Below, piece by piece: positions 18,626 through 27,756 of a DNA stretch of 64,000 nucleotides; position 1 is the first letter of the stretch, and every line of letters starts with the position of its first letter. The stretch covers positions 1-64,000 of the forward strand of contig JAFGAR010000070.1 in assembly GCA_016933575.1 (NCBI GenBank). The letters run 5' to 3'. The notes under the pieces are model-generated. The model was not told where the DNA came from. It saw nothing but the letters and a program-made list of their open reading frames with translations, and searched no databases. Both the position numbers and the translations under genes were made by a program. Source of the stretch: Candidatus Thorarchaeota archaeon (GTDB lineage Archaea; Asgardarchaeota; Thorarchaeia; Thorarchaeales; Thorarchaeaceae).

Positions 18626-20040
18626 CCAAGACATTACGGATTCTTCTTATTGAAGACTCCGAGGATGATGCCTTGCTTCTAGAACGTGTAGTTAAGAAAG
18701 GCTGGGTGGATTTTGAGATAAAGCGTGTGTGGACTTCATCTGACCTCATAAATGCCTTAGAATCCGAGACCTGGGATGCTGTGCTCTGTGACTATATGAT
18801 GCCTGAATTCAGCGTATCTGATGCAATGGATGTGATACGCAAAAGAGACCTCGATCTCCCCTTCATAATTGTATCCGGAACCATCTCAGATGAAACTGCT
18901 GTAGCTATGATGAAAGCAGGAGCTCATGATTATTTGACTAAAAATAATCTAAGTAGACTAGTTCCTGCCCTTGAACGAGAAATCAATGAAGCCGAGCATC
19001 GCCATAAACGTCGCGTTGCTGAGGAGCAACTTCGATTGAGCGAACGAAAACACAGGATGCTTGTGGAATCACTTACAGATACAGTCCTTGTGCTGACATC
19101 TGATGGGACTATATCAGAATTCTACTCTCAAAACTCGATATCTGATAGTTTCCGTGGGAATGATTATCTTTCGAAAAGAATTACTACAGTCTTCACACCA
19201 ATTGTTGCTCAGAAAATTAACTTCCTTCTCACTGAGGTTCTTCGGAACAAAGTCAATTCGACCTTTGAATATCCTCTGCATGGTAGATGGTATTCTGCAA
19301 GAATCAGCCCTCACGAGGATCATGAAAGAGTTGTCATGGTCATTCGAGATGTTACAGACTTGAAAGAGGCGGAGGAGGAAGCTCGGCAAGCACACGCAGT
19401 AGCTATGCTCTATCAAGACATTACAGGTCATGACATTCGAAATCTTCTCCAAGCTATTATGATCGCTTCAGATTTACTGCAAGCAGATGAAACTGATAAA
19501 TCCAAGATTAGTCTGATTCATCATATATCAGAAGCTGTCACTGAAGCAAGTGAGCTTATCTCAGCAGTGCAAGCAACTGCTACTCTTCTCTCTACACCTT
19601 TAGAAAAGACTTCACTTGACTTTACCTTGAAGAGCTGTATTCGACTATTTAATGAGGAGAATAAAGATGTGTCAGTCACCTCGGATATGGAGGTTTCCGA
19701 AGCTGTTGTCAATGCAGACCGATTTCTTTGTCATCTACTCATGAACGTATTCTCAAATGCAGTCAAACACAACAACTCCAACGAAAAGAAGATTTGGACA
19801 CATCTTGGCGAGGATGATGATGGCTATGAATTGACTGTTGCGGATAATGGTCCTGGAATTAAAGACGGTCAAAAGAAAAATCTCCTTAATCCTGAACGTC
19901 GGTCAGGAGGCGTTGGAATCCTTCAATGTATCCAGATTGCTAGCAAGTATGGTGGCAAGTTTGAGCTCTTAGATAGGGTCGATGGCGACTCAAGTCAAGG
20001 TGCAAAGGTGCGACTATGGATCCCGAAGGCTGAGGTGTGA
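18622..20040 (+). CDS. Hybrid REC-PAS-histidine kinase
   Basis: LRILLIEDSEDD lies upstream of the track's TTG 18673 and requires CTG 18622. Also CDYMMP, GAHDYLTK, HDIRN, NAVKH and DNGPG motifs. Confidence 0.85.
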   Translation: MTKTLRILLIEDSEDDALLLERVVKKGWVDFEIKRVWTSSDLINALESETWDAVLCDYMMPEFSVSDAMDVIRKRDLDLPFIIVSGTISDETAVAMMKAGAHDYLTKNNLSRLVPALEREINEAEHRHKRRVAEEQLRLSERKHRMLVESLTDTVLVLTSDGTISEFYSQNSISDSFRGNDYLSKRITTVFTPIVAQKINFLLTEVLRNKVNSTFEYPLHGRWYSARISPHEDHERVVMVIRDVTDLKEAEEEARQAHAVAMLYQDITGHDIRNLLQAIMIASDLLQADETDKSKISLIHHISEAVTEASELISAVQATATLLSTPLEKTSLDFTLKSCIRLFNEENKDVSVTSDMEVSEAVVNADRFLCHLLMNVFSNAVKHNNSNEKKIWTHLGEDDDGYELTVADNGPGIKDGQKKNLLNPERRSGGVGILQCIQIASKYGGKFELLDRVDGDSSQGAKVRLWIPKAEV

Positions 20041-20829
20041 CTATATTCTCGGATTTGGCCGTGGAAGTGGTTCTCTCTTATGTTGTGAATTCTTCATCAT
20101 CTTCCAAATCCTTTGAACTTTCGATCTCTCTATACCCCATTCAACAATCTCATCTTCGCTCAATTTCTTTTCAAGAGTCAAGAAGAGAATTGAATCAAGT
20201 TCCGAATATGTGATTCCAATCTCCCCCTCATCTGTTTGTCCTTCCCATAGACCCGCTGATGGTGCCTTCTCAACAATGGACTTTGGAATTCCAACATGAC
20301 GTGACAGGTCCCAGACATTTTCCTTGTACAATTCTCCAATCGGAAGTATGTCAGATCCTCCATCACCATACTTTGTGAAATACCCAATCATCAATTCACT
20401 CTTGTTACCTGTTCCAAGTACCAGTCTGTTCTCTTTGTTTGCGCGTGCATACCAAGTGACCATTCTGAGTCGTGCGGTCAAATTGCCCAAGGCTAATCTA
20501 TCAAGTTCTAGAGAATCATAGGCGGCTATCGCCTTTTTCAGCTCAAATATCTCATGATGCATTCCCAAGGACTCAGCAAGCATCTCTGCATCAGCAATAT
20601 TTCTTCTGTCTTTTTTTATATCGACAGGAAGCATGATTCCAAGGACATTATCAGCTCCTAAGGCTTCGCAGGCTAGACTAGCAACAAGACTTGAATCAAC
20701 GCCTCCACTTAGACCAAGTACTGCCCCTTTGGCTCTAGTATTTTTAATGTAGCTCTTGATGAACTCAACAATGATTTTTCTCACTCTTTCATAGTCATCA
20801 AACTTGAAACCGTTGGGTAGTTGCATCAT
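20041..20829 (-). CDS. nadE: NH3-dependent NAD+ synthetase
   Basis: LGLSGGVDS, ARLRM, GTGNKSE, GYFTKYGDG, PSAGLWEGQTDE motifs. Confidence 0.97.
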   Translation of the reverse strand: MMQLPNGFKFDDYERVRKIIVEFIKSYIKNTRAKGAVLGLSGGVDSSLVASLACEALGADNVLGIMLPVDIKKDRRNIADAEMLAESLGMHHEIFELKKAIAAYDSLELDRLALGNLTARLRMVTWYARANKENRLVLGTGNKSELMIGYFTKYGDGGSDILPIGELYKENVWDLSRHVGIPKSIVEKAPSAGLWEGQTDEGEIGITYSELDSILFLTLEKKLSEDEIVEWGIERSKVQRIWKMMKNSQHKREPLPRPNPRI

Positions 20830-20921
20830 GGAACCTCACTTTTACCTCCAATATTCTCCTTTTGTACATTACTTGCGAGGTAATATCTGCCTGATACGTG
20901 CAATTCAGGCAAAGTTCACAT

Positions 20922-21617
20922 TCATGCTCCGAGGAGGAGTGTTTCAATGATGAAATAGAAGAATGATGCATTACCAATATAGAGGATCATAACTGTCAAA
21001 GCACCTAGAATCTTCATCCAAATCTTTTTCTCACGTACGATGTTATAGCAGATAAATGCAGAAAGGCCTAGAATGAGTTCTGGGAGGATGATGTACCAAG
21101 CAAGATTTCCAGTCATACCAATGACTGTAGCAGACCATGACGGAAGGTTGACCAGAGTCAACTCTGCAACTGCAAAGATTACGACGGAAAGTAATGATAC
21201 AACACCATAGGATACTTGTAAGCTTTTCCTATTCCGGACCTCATCCCCTATGAACAGAATGATAACGAAGGGAATTGCCCAGAGTCCTCCCATGTAGAAA
21301 GGAATTGAGTTGCCTATCATTGGAAATCCATCATCTGGAAACTGCAGAGCTCCCAGAGTTTCAGCAAGATACCAATCTGGAAATATCATGAGCAAACTGA
21401 GAATAATTGCAAAGATCCAGATATTTTTCCAATTTTCATATCCTTTGCCATAGAATTCAATGACGACAAGTCCATTATATATCAAGACCAGGGTTAGAAG
21501 TTTTCCATTCACCGTTGCTTGTGGGAACGGAAAAAGAAGTGTCAATGCTGCTATTATTACAAAAATCACATGAACAATAAGAAAGTCCTTGATTGATTTC
21601 TCTTTGAGAACTTGCAT
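20922..21617 (-). CDS. Hypothetical multi-TM membrane protein
   Basis: About 7 hydrophobic segments, FPDWYL...L.FP motif. Confidence 0.7.
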   Translation of the reverse strand: MQVLKEKSIKDFLIVHVIFVIIAALTLLFPFPQATVNGKLLTLVLIYNGLVVIEFYGKGYENWKNIWIFAIILSLLMIFPDWYLAETLGALQFPDDGFPMIGNSIPFYMGGLWAIPFVIILFIGDEVRNRKSLQVSYGVVSLLSVVIFAVAELTLVNLPSWSATVIGMTGNLAWYIILPELILGLSAFICYNIVREKKIWMKILGALTVMILYIGNASFFYFIIETLLLGA

Positions 21618-21764
21618 ATCACCTTAATCATTCTACGGCCCTATAAACTGTAGGAAAATCATGCTAAGACTTATCTTCGCTCGTGACAGGGTCTTGCGAA
21701 GCGTATAGGAAATGCCACTACCAAACACTGTCTTATCCTTATACGAACTTCAGGAGATTAGACT

Positions 21765-22658
21765 ATGTCAGAAAAATTAGGACAACTTGATCTCGTATTC
21801 ATTGTTGATAATACTGGTTCTATGGGACCATATATTCAAAATGTGAAGACAAAGATACTCGAGATTATCCGTACAATAAAGAAAGAGGAGCTCTGCCACA
21901 GACTGAGGGTTGGTCTGGTTTGCTATCGTGATCATCCCCCTGAGGAAGCTACCTATGTCACGCAAAAGTTTGAGCTCACACCTGATACATCAAAAATAGA
22001 AACGAATGTCATGCAGATGGATGCTTCAGGAGGCGGTGATGGTCCCGAGGCAGTATCAACTGCTCTCCAGATAATGAATAGAATGGAGTTCATCAATGAC
22101 GCCGCCAAAGTTGCTGTTCTTATTGGTGATGCACCGCCCCATGGTGTTGAAGATGGGGATCGTTGGCCTCAGGGAACCCCTGATGGGGCAAAGTGGGACA
22201 AGGAAGCAAAAGTGGCTTTCGAAAAAGGTATTGTCATCCATACAGTTGGATGCTTTCCTGAGATTGCTGGCTATAAGAAAGGAGTAGCAACCTATGAGAA
22301 GATTGCTGCTGATTCTCAAGGGAGATTCTTCCCACTTGAGAAAGCAGAGATTCTAGTGAATCTTATCACTGGAATTGCAGTTGAGGAAATTGATAAGATT
22401 GCCATACAGAAGTCAATCTTAGAAGATCTTGGTGTTTCAATGGAAGAATTTCCAGCAGACGAAGAATTCACTGAAGCGAAGATCTCAGATATTGTGAGTA
22501 AAGTCAGAGCTCGTGGTGTCACAAAAAGAGCAATGGCAATGAGACCCTCTGGTACTCCAGCAAGTGCTGCAGCTGATCTTGAGTTGGAAGAACAATCTAT
22601 CAGTGAAGATGATGTTCGTGAGGCTGTCAGGCAACTTAAGATGAAATCTAAGAAATAG
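21765..22658 (+). CDS. vWA domain protein (alpha-kinase VwkA-like vWA)
   Basis: DLVFIVDNTGSM MIDAS, YRDH, GGGDGPEA and IGDAPPHG motifs. Confidence 0.88.
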   Translation: MSEKLGQLDLVFIVDNTGSMGPYIQNVKTKILEIIRTIKKEELCHRLRVGLVCYRDHPPEEATYVTQKFELTPDTSKIETNVMQMDASGGGDGPEAVSTALQIMNRMEFINDAAKVAVLIGDAPPHGVEDGDRWPQGTPDGAKWDKEAKVAFEKGIVIHTVGCFPEIAGYKKGVATYEKIAADSQGRFFPLEKAEILVNLITGIAVEEIDKIAIQKSILEDLGVSMEEFPADEEFTEAKISDIVSKVRARGVTKRAMAMRPSGTPASAAADLELEEQSISEDDVREAVRQLKMKSKK

Positions 22659-22712
22659 TTCTTTCTAGGTGCTGCAATTGCAGCACCACTATCTTCTCTA
22701 TTAGGCAAGAAC

Positions 22713-23111
22713 TTACTCTTTCTTGAGGCCTTGCGTACTCCTTGAATTCTTTGATACCTGTGAACGTACCTTTCTGGATTCGTAGGTATAGCATATTCCT
22801 GCCACAAGTCCTATAGCAAAAGCATAGAATAGGAATTCAGCAAACTGCCTGTATTCTTCAAGATTCAATGTAAAATATGCAATAATGCTCGTAGGAAATC
22901 CGATTACACTCACTATCAACATGAGTACATAGAACCGGTAGTACGCTGCATCACAGCAATTATCTGAACAATATGACTTGCCAGTTCCAATGACATATTT
23001 CCAGTTATGACTAGTATCTGTTCCACACCACTGACATGTAGGTGTATGTTGCCTATCCGTGACTATTTTGGATTGTTGTGTTTTTTTCTCACACTCTTCC
23101 CAAGCAGTCAT
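22713..23111 (-). CDS. Zn-finger plus two-TM membrane protein
   Basis: CQWC...YCSDNC followed by two hydrophobic helices and a basic tail. Confidence 0.65.
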   Translation of the reverse strand: MTAWEECEKKTQQSKIVTDRQHTPTCQWCGTDTSHNWKYVIGTGKSYCSDNCCDAAYYRFYVLMLIVSVIGFPTSIIAYFTLNLEEYRQFAEFLFYAFAIGLVAGICYTYESRKVRSQVSKNSRSTQGLKKE

Positions 23112-23191
23112 AGATTGATCATTAAATAGTTCGAGATATTTGCATAAATGGATTTAGCATAATAAGGCATATCACTTGCATCACCTCTCTC

Positions 23192-23824
23192 TTGGTTATG
23201 CCAAGCAAAGAATGGGAATATTTCATGGACAATTTCTTTGGCAATCCCTACATGATGTGGCATGATGGAATCAATCCAAAATCTGTCTGTTATTTGAAGG
23301 GTGAAGAAAGAGATCGAGCGGAAATCATGCTCATTGAGTCAATGGAGGATGGGAGTCACTATGCTGCAATGGGACTTAGAGAGCTAAAGTCGCAGAAAGC
23401 AATCCCTATTATGAAAGAACTCCTCAAGAAAGTTGGTTCTGATTTGAAAATTCAAATTGCACTAGCTCTCAATACAATCGAGGATACAACTGAATATGTT
23501 CCAGATATCATTGATGTTCTTCAGTATAATGGTAGTCCATACGTTCGGCTTAAAGCAGCAATGGTCTTACGGAACTATCCAACTATAGAGGTGATTGAAT
23601 CTCTTTTTACTGCTATAGAAAAAGATCCAGATTATCTAGTTCGGTATCATGCATCCGAGTCGCTCCTTCACATTCATGGATTCAGACCAAACATATCTGA
23701 ATACAAGGAAATTTTCCATTTGATATGCGTAGAGTTTGATAGTGATCATCCTGACTCGTACAGAGAAGCTGTCAAGCAATACACCAAAGCTGCAGATATG
23801 CTCAGAGATCTCTTCGCAAAATAA
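23192..23824 (+). CDS. HEAT/PBS-lyase-like repeat protein
   Basis: YVRLKAAMVL and DPDYLVRYHASESL helical repeats. Confidence 0.75.
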   Translation: MVMPSKEWEYFMDNFFGNPYMMWHDGINPKSVCYLKGEERDRAEIMLIESMEDGSHYAAMGLRELKSQKAIPIMKELLKKVGSDLKIQIALALNTIEDTTEYVPDIIDVLQYNGSPYVRLKAAMVLRNYPTIEVIESLFTAIEKDPDYLVRYHASESLLHIHGFRPNISEYKEIFHLICVEFDSDHPDSYREAVKQYTKAADMLRDLFAK

Positions 23825-23854
23825 TGAGATTCTATCATACTACTATTTTTGCTC

Positions 23855-23960
23855 AGAAAGAGGGTGGTGGTTAGTACCAGCAGGACAACGGTAGGAGGGG
23901 GGGGAGTTATGAGGGCATGTTACAGAAAATGTGTGCCCTGCGAGCCACCTAACCACCATG
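23855..23960 (-). ncRNA. Candidate structured small RNA
   Basis: Perfect 10-bp terminal stem (23865-23874/23949-23958), 8-bp inner stem (23880-23887/23934-23941), C8 tract in the loop, TATA-like CTTATTA about 22-28 nt upstream on the minus strand, GC-rich relative to flanks. Confidence 0.5.
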
Positions 23961-24061
23961 TGTGGTATGAACAAGGTTCCTAATAAGCATCACTCTTGTA
24001 TGTCAAATATTAATAATTACCTATCAAAAGGCTCTAAAATGCCAAATATACGCATTTCAAT

Positions 24062-24505
24062 ATGTCTGAAGAAGAACATAGATATGCAATGAGTAGCCAT
24101 TGGGTACGAGAAAAGATTGTAACAATCGAGATTGAAGGAAAACCCGCCTTTGAGGTAGCTACTCCTCTTGATTTTTGGCCAGAGGGTCCATCTGAAATTG
24201 TATCTCCCGAGGATCTTTTTGTTGCATCAGCTGTTTCATGTTATGGTGTATCTTTATCAGGAGTTTCCAAAAGATTCCATGCGGAATTGAAGAATTTTCA
24301 AGTTAGAGGGATTGGTACTCTTAAGAAGGGCGAGTTTGGGTGGGAGTTTGATCAGATCACATTAGAAACTCGGATTATTGTCCCTACAATGAAAGACAAG
24401 AAGAGAATGGAAAAAGCTGCTGAACGCGCTCACACATATTGTGTTGTCTCCAATTCGATGAAATGTCCTGTGCATCTTAGATATGAGATTCTTGTGGAGA
24501 ACTGA
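24062..24505 (+). CDS. OsmC/Ohr-family protein
   Basis: SPEDLFVASAVSCY and AHTYCVVSNS two-Cys signature. Confidence 0.88.
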   Translation: MSEEEHRYAMSSHWVREKIVTIEIEGKPAFEVATPLDFWPEGPSEIVSPEDLFVASAVSCYGVSLSGVSKRFHAELKNFQVRGIGTLKKGEFGWEFDQITLETRIIVPTMKDKKRMEKAAERAHTYCVVSNSMKCPVHLRYEILVEN

Positions 24506-24509
24506 TTCT

Positions 24510-24893
24510 TTATAGGGTCTCTATCTGAGGTAATTCAATCTCAACAGAGTATTGCTTTCCACATTGACAATCCAAATTCACTGACCATCTTTTAGGCAAG
24601 GGAATATTGAATTCTTTGACTACTCCAGTAAGGCTGTTTTTAATAGCTGCTATCAGCTTAACATATGTCGATGCTAAGGTTGTCATCTCTTGAGGAAAAT
24701 CAAGGTCCGATAGAAAATATTTGAATGCACTATTGCAATGCGGACAAGCAGTAAGAAGGAGATTGGTCACATCTCCACAGTTAGTACAGGTTATTTCATC
24801 TCTACTCATTTTTGGTGCATTTGGAATATTCAGAATCAGATCATTTTGGTGCCCACATACATAGCAAAAGTAACGCAATGGCAATTCTGGCAT
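24510..24893 (-). CDS. Multi-Zn-ribbon protein
   Basis: CYVC, CTNC, CPHC and CQC motifs. Confidence 0.75.
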   Translation of the reverse strand: MPELPLRYFCYVCGHQNDLILNIPNAPKMSRDEITCTNCGDVTNLLLTACPHCNSAFKYFLSDLDFPQEMTTLASTYVKLIAAIKNSLTGVVKEFNIPLPKRWSVNLDCQCGKQYSVEIELPQIETL

Positions 24894-24970
24894 TCTCTAT
24901 TACTCCTTATTTAATCTGAGTATGAGAATAGTCCACACACTGCTAAAAGTCTAGCTGGAATGTGTATTAC

Positions 24971-25216
24971 CTATTTCGCAAGGGTGATTTTCTTTGCGTT
25001 CATGACCTTTTCTGTGCCTATAGACTCCAGTTCGATAGTGACCTTTTCACCGAGATCTAGGGTATCATATTTGGTAAATGCAGTTACTTTGATTTTGAGA
25101 TGTTCTTTCTCATCTGTTTCGATTCCCAAGTAACCATATCGCATTTTGCCCATTTCGCTAATATTTGATGATATAATTGTTCCCTGAATTTCCAAAGACA
25201 AAGGATATTTCACCAA
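24971..25216 (-). CDS. Small putative OB-fold protein (paralog 1)
   Basis: Aligns along its length with 25311..25589 (G.IISS...YGYLGIE...HL.IK.....Y.TL..GE.V.IE...GT.....A.KI.L). Confidence 0.7.
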   Translation of the reverse strand: MVKYPLSLEIQGTIISSNISEMGKMRYGYLGIETDEKEHLKIKVTAFTKYDTLDLGEKVTIELESIGTEKVMNAKKITLAK

Positions 25217-25310
25217 TTTCGGGTCCGTTTTTTTTCCCGTATAACCTATTCTATTCAGTAGCTTTTATTCAAACGAAAGGTTATGCTAATCTTTTTAGAG
25301 AAAATGTTTC

Positions 25311-25589
25311 TCATGAGCTTGCGCTGACAACGTTTTCTGAATGTGAAATCAAGTCCGAGTTTGATTTTAGACTGATTTTCCTCGCAACAATGATATTTGT
25401 TGTTCCCAGCTTTGACGCTTCAATTATCACATGTTCTCCGATCTCAAGAGTTTCATACCAGCTATAGGAATCAATCTTGATTGCTAAATGATTGCCTTGA
25501 GTATCTTCAATTCCCAGGTATCCATATAGAATTCCATCTTTTCCAAATTCACCTAACTGGCTTGAAATGATCTTTCCTTCAATGATCAT
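25311..25589 (-). CDS. Small putative OB-fold protein (paralog 2)
   Basis: Tandem paralog of 24971..25216. Confidence 0.7.
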   Translation of the reverse strand: MIIEGKIISSQLGEFGKDGILYGYLGIEDTQGNHLAIKIDSYSWYETLEIGEHVIIEASKLGTTNIIVARKISLKSNSDLISHSENVVSASS

Positions 25590-25649
25590 ATTGTTATTCC
25601 CTTCTGCAATTAACTATAATGAATATACATATAAGGTCTGGGATAGTGG

Positions 25650-26195
25650 TCATTCTTCTTCCAAGACTCGAAGATATTTAGGGTATGCCTTGGCATTCTC
25701 AACATACGAATCAACATAGACATCAATAGCCTTCCTGGCTTGATCGTCAGGTCTGATATCTCTCATATACTTCGCTGGAATTCCTGCGTAGACTTTGAAT
25801 GGTTCAGTCATCGTCTTATCGTGAAGAAGTGCTGAGTTTCCGATAAGAACCCCTTTAGCTACTCTACTACCAAGCATTAGGACTGCTCCCATACCAATTG
25901 CAGCACCATCATCTATTGACTCTGCATGAATTGTCGCATTATGTCCAATATTGACCCGCCTGCCAATCCTAGTAGTAAATCGAGGGTCTGAGTGAATGAC
26001 AGAACCATCTTGGATGTTGGTTTCATCTCCAATAATTATTGATCCCCTATCTCCTCGAATTGAGACCATAGGCGCCACAAATACTCGTTCGCCAATGGTG
26101 ACATCTCCGATTATAGATGCTTGGGGATGCACATACGCTGTGGATGCAATCTTGGGTGTTTTGTCTTTGAATGCATAGATTGTCATGTTATTCAA
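25650..26195 (-). CDS. Gamma-carbonic anhydrase family (hexapeptide repeat) protein
   Basis: IIGDVTIG, IRGD, TNIQDGSVIH, IGHNATIH and GIPAK motifs. Confidence 0.92.
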   Translation of the reverse strand: MNNMTIYAFKDKTPKIASTAYVHPQASIIGDVTIGERVFVAPMVSIRGDRGSIIIGDETNIQDGSVIHSDPRFTTRIGRRVNIGHNATIHAESIDDGAAIGMGAVLMLGSRVAKGVLIGNSALLHDKTMTEPFKVYAGIPAKYMRDIRPDDQARKAIDVYVDSYVENAKAYPKYLRVLEEE

Positions 26196-26911
26196 CTCTT
26201 CACAAGGAGTCCAACATAAGGACCGCCCCTTTGATATTTTCTATCTAATCTCCAACCTGATCTTTCAGCAAGCACGCTCATTTCATTCGGACTTGCCAAT
26301 CGTAATTCTACCCAATCATCGATAAATCCCTTATACTTCACCCTCAATCGAATGAGTCCCTTTGGCTTGTTTCTTGATACGTTCAATTCATGATATCTTA
26401 GATGTCCCGTATCATCGGTTTTCTCGACTTCAGCGCTACCTGCAAGAATGATTCCATCTGGAGTAGTAATCCGGTGAAGTTCTTGAAGCATGGATATTAT
26501 CTTCTCGTCATCCCCCAATAGACCAAAATTATTCCCAAACATGATCACTGTGTCAAATGTTGACTCTGGAAAATTTAACCCCGCTACAGACATGATATGC
26601 GCATCCCTCAATCCCCGCATCTTACAGGCTTCAACTGCCCCTGGAGCCATGTCAATTCCAACCACCCTATGTCCAAGATTTTGTAGATAGATTGCAACTC
26701 TACCAGCTCCACAACCAATATCAAGGACATTCCCCTTTGCATGTTGTATTGCAAGACGTTCGAGTTCATTCCATTCCAATATGGGCCTTACATAATCAAG
26801 AGTAGACAGTGTTTCAAGCCTTCCATCATCTCTCTCGATATAATATTCTCCAGAGATGCCTAATGCAGCATCTCTCATTATCTCACTCCAAGCATCAGAC
26901 ATACAAGCCAA
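26192..26911 (-). CDS. Class I SAM-dependent methyltransferase
   Basis: IERDDG, VLDIGCGAGR and FDTVIMFGNNFG motifs. Confidence 0.9.
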   Translation of the reverse strand: MACMSDAWSEIMRDAALGISGEYYIERDDGRLETLSTLDYVRPILEWNELERLAIQHAKGNVLDIGCGAGRVAIYLQNLGHRVVGIDMAPGAVEACKMRGLRDAHIMSVAGLNFPESTFDTVIMFGNNFGLLGDDEKIISMLQELHRITTPDGIILAGSAEVEKTDDTGHLRYHELNVSRNKPKGLIRLRVKYKGFIDDWVELRLASPNEMSVLAERSGWRLDRKYQRGGPYVGLLVKS

Positions 26912-27018
26912 GGAAATTCACTCACGGAAAAGGAATTCGGTCCCGTGATTGATTTATGCAGTAAGAGGTATTAAATCCAATTTTTCTTTCCAGGACTGAT
27001 GTTGAGGGAGTTCTTTTC

Positions 27019-27753
27019 ATGAGCACAAACGAAAAGGAAGAAATCGTTCCAAAGACAACTATCCGAGTCTATGGAGGTAAGAAGGAAACGGTCGGAGAGT
27101 CAGTAAACCAGACTCTTGGTCTCAGGGACGACCAATATTATAGCACTTGGATAAGTCTTGGAGTAATGAAACGATTCGCCTTTCTCTTCGAAGGTGGAGT
27201 CGAGAGTGCAGGAAGTATCGGTGGATTAGTTCTGATGTTCATCGTTCTGGTTATTACACTATTATTCTTTGCACTATGGCAGTTTGTTGTGTTCTTTCTT
27301 GTCATTGCAGTCTTGACTCTATTGAGTGGAGGTGCTGCTGCGAAATTTCTACGAGCGACCTACATTACTACACCACTCGATAACATTGATGTCGTAAAAA
27401 TTCAGGAATTTGTGAAAATTCAAGTCAGAGAAGGACATTTCGTTCGTGTTGATGAAGACCCTCGAATCGAAGGTAAGGATGACACGATTCATCGAATTTC
27501 TCAAGCTACTAAGATCTTCAAAAATGGTATACAGTTCTCACTTGTGGTGGCAACAATCTTTCTAATCGTTCAGGTACTATACTGGTTCATGAACCATCAT
27601 TGGATAACTGGAAGTCACCCAATCACTGGCGAATCCGAAATTCTAATATTGGTTGCATTTGGCATATTCTTCCTAGCGGGTGTTCTAGCAATGGATCTTG
27701 GTGTCCTGTTGAGAAGGAGAATAGCAAACAGTCTTCAAAGGCCTCTTGAGTGA
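27019..27753 (+). CDS. Hypothetical 4-TM membrane protein
   Basis: Two TM hairpins separated by a soluble loop. Confidence 0.7.
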   Translation: MSTNEKEEIVPKTTIRVYGGKKETVGESVNQTLGLRDDQYYSTWISLGVMKRFAFLFEGGVESAGSIGGLVLMFIVLVITLLFFALWQFVVFFLVIAVLTLLSGGAAAKFLRATYITTPLDNIDVVKIQEFVKIQVREGHFVRVDEDPRIEGKDDTIHRISQATKIFKNGIQFSLVVATIFLIVQVLYWFMNHHWITGSHPITGESEILILVAFGIFFLAGVLAMDLGVLLRRRIANSLQRPLE

Positions 27754-27756
27754 TTT

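Noticed and set aside
5199-20829. Functional link between heliorhodopsin and nadE or the kinase operon
   Set aside because: They are separated by 8-14 kb of unrelated genes on both strands, with no sequence evidence of co-regulation
22316-22807. 163-aa antisense ORF and the many other short ORFs nested in or opposite real genes (for example 1150..1398, 7668..7979, 9204..9461, 10107..10427, 34495..34857, 63338..63613)
   Set aside because: Shadow frames of well-supported genes with no motifs. 63338..63613 is out of frame within the Cys3His repeat gene.
23855-23960. Assignment of the structured element as tRNA, Y RNA, or C/D or H/ACA guide
   Set aside because: No TTCGA T-loop or cloverleaf, no GGUCCGA Ro-binding helix, and no clear C/D boxes, K-turn or terminal ACA. 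It is kept only as an unclassified candidate.
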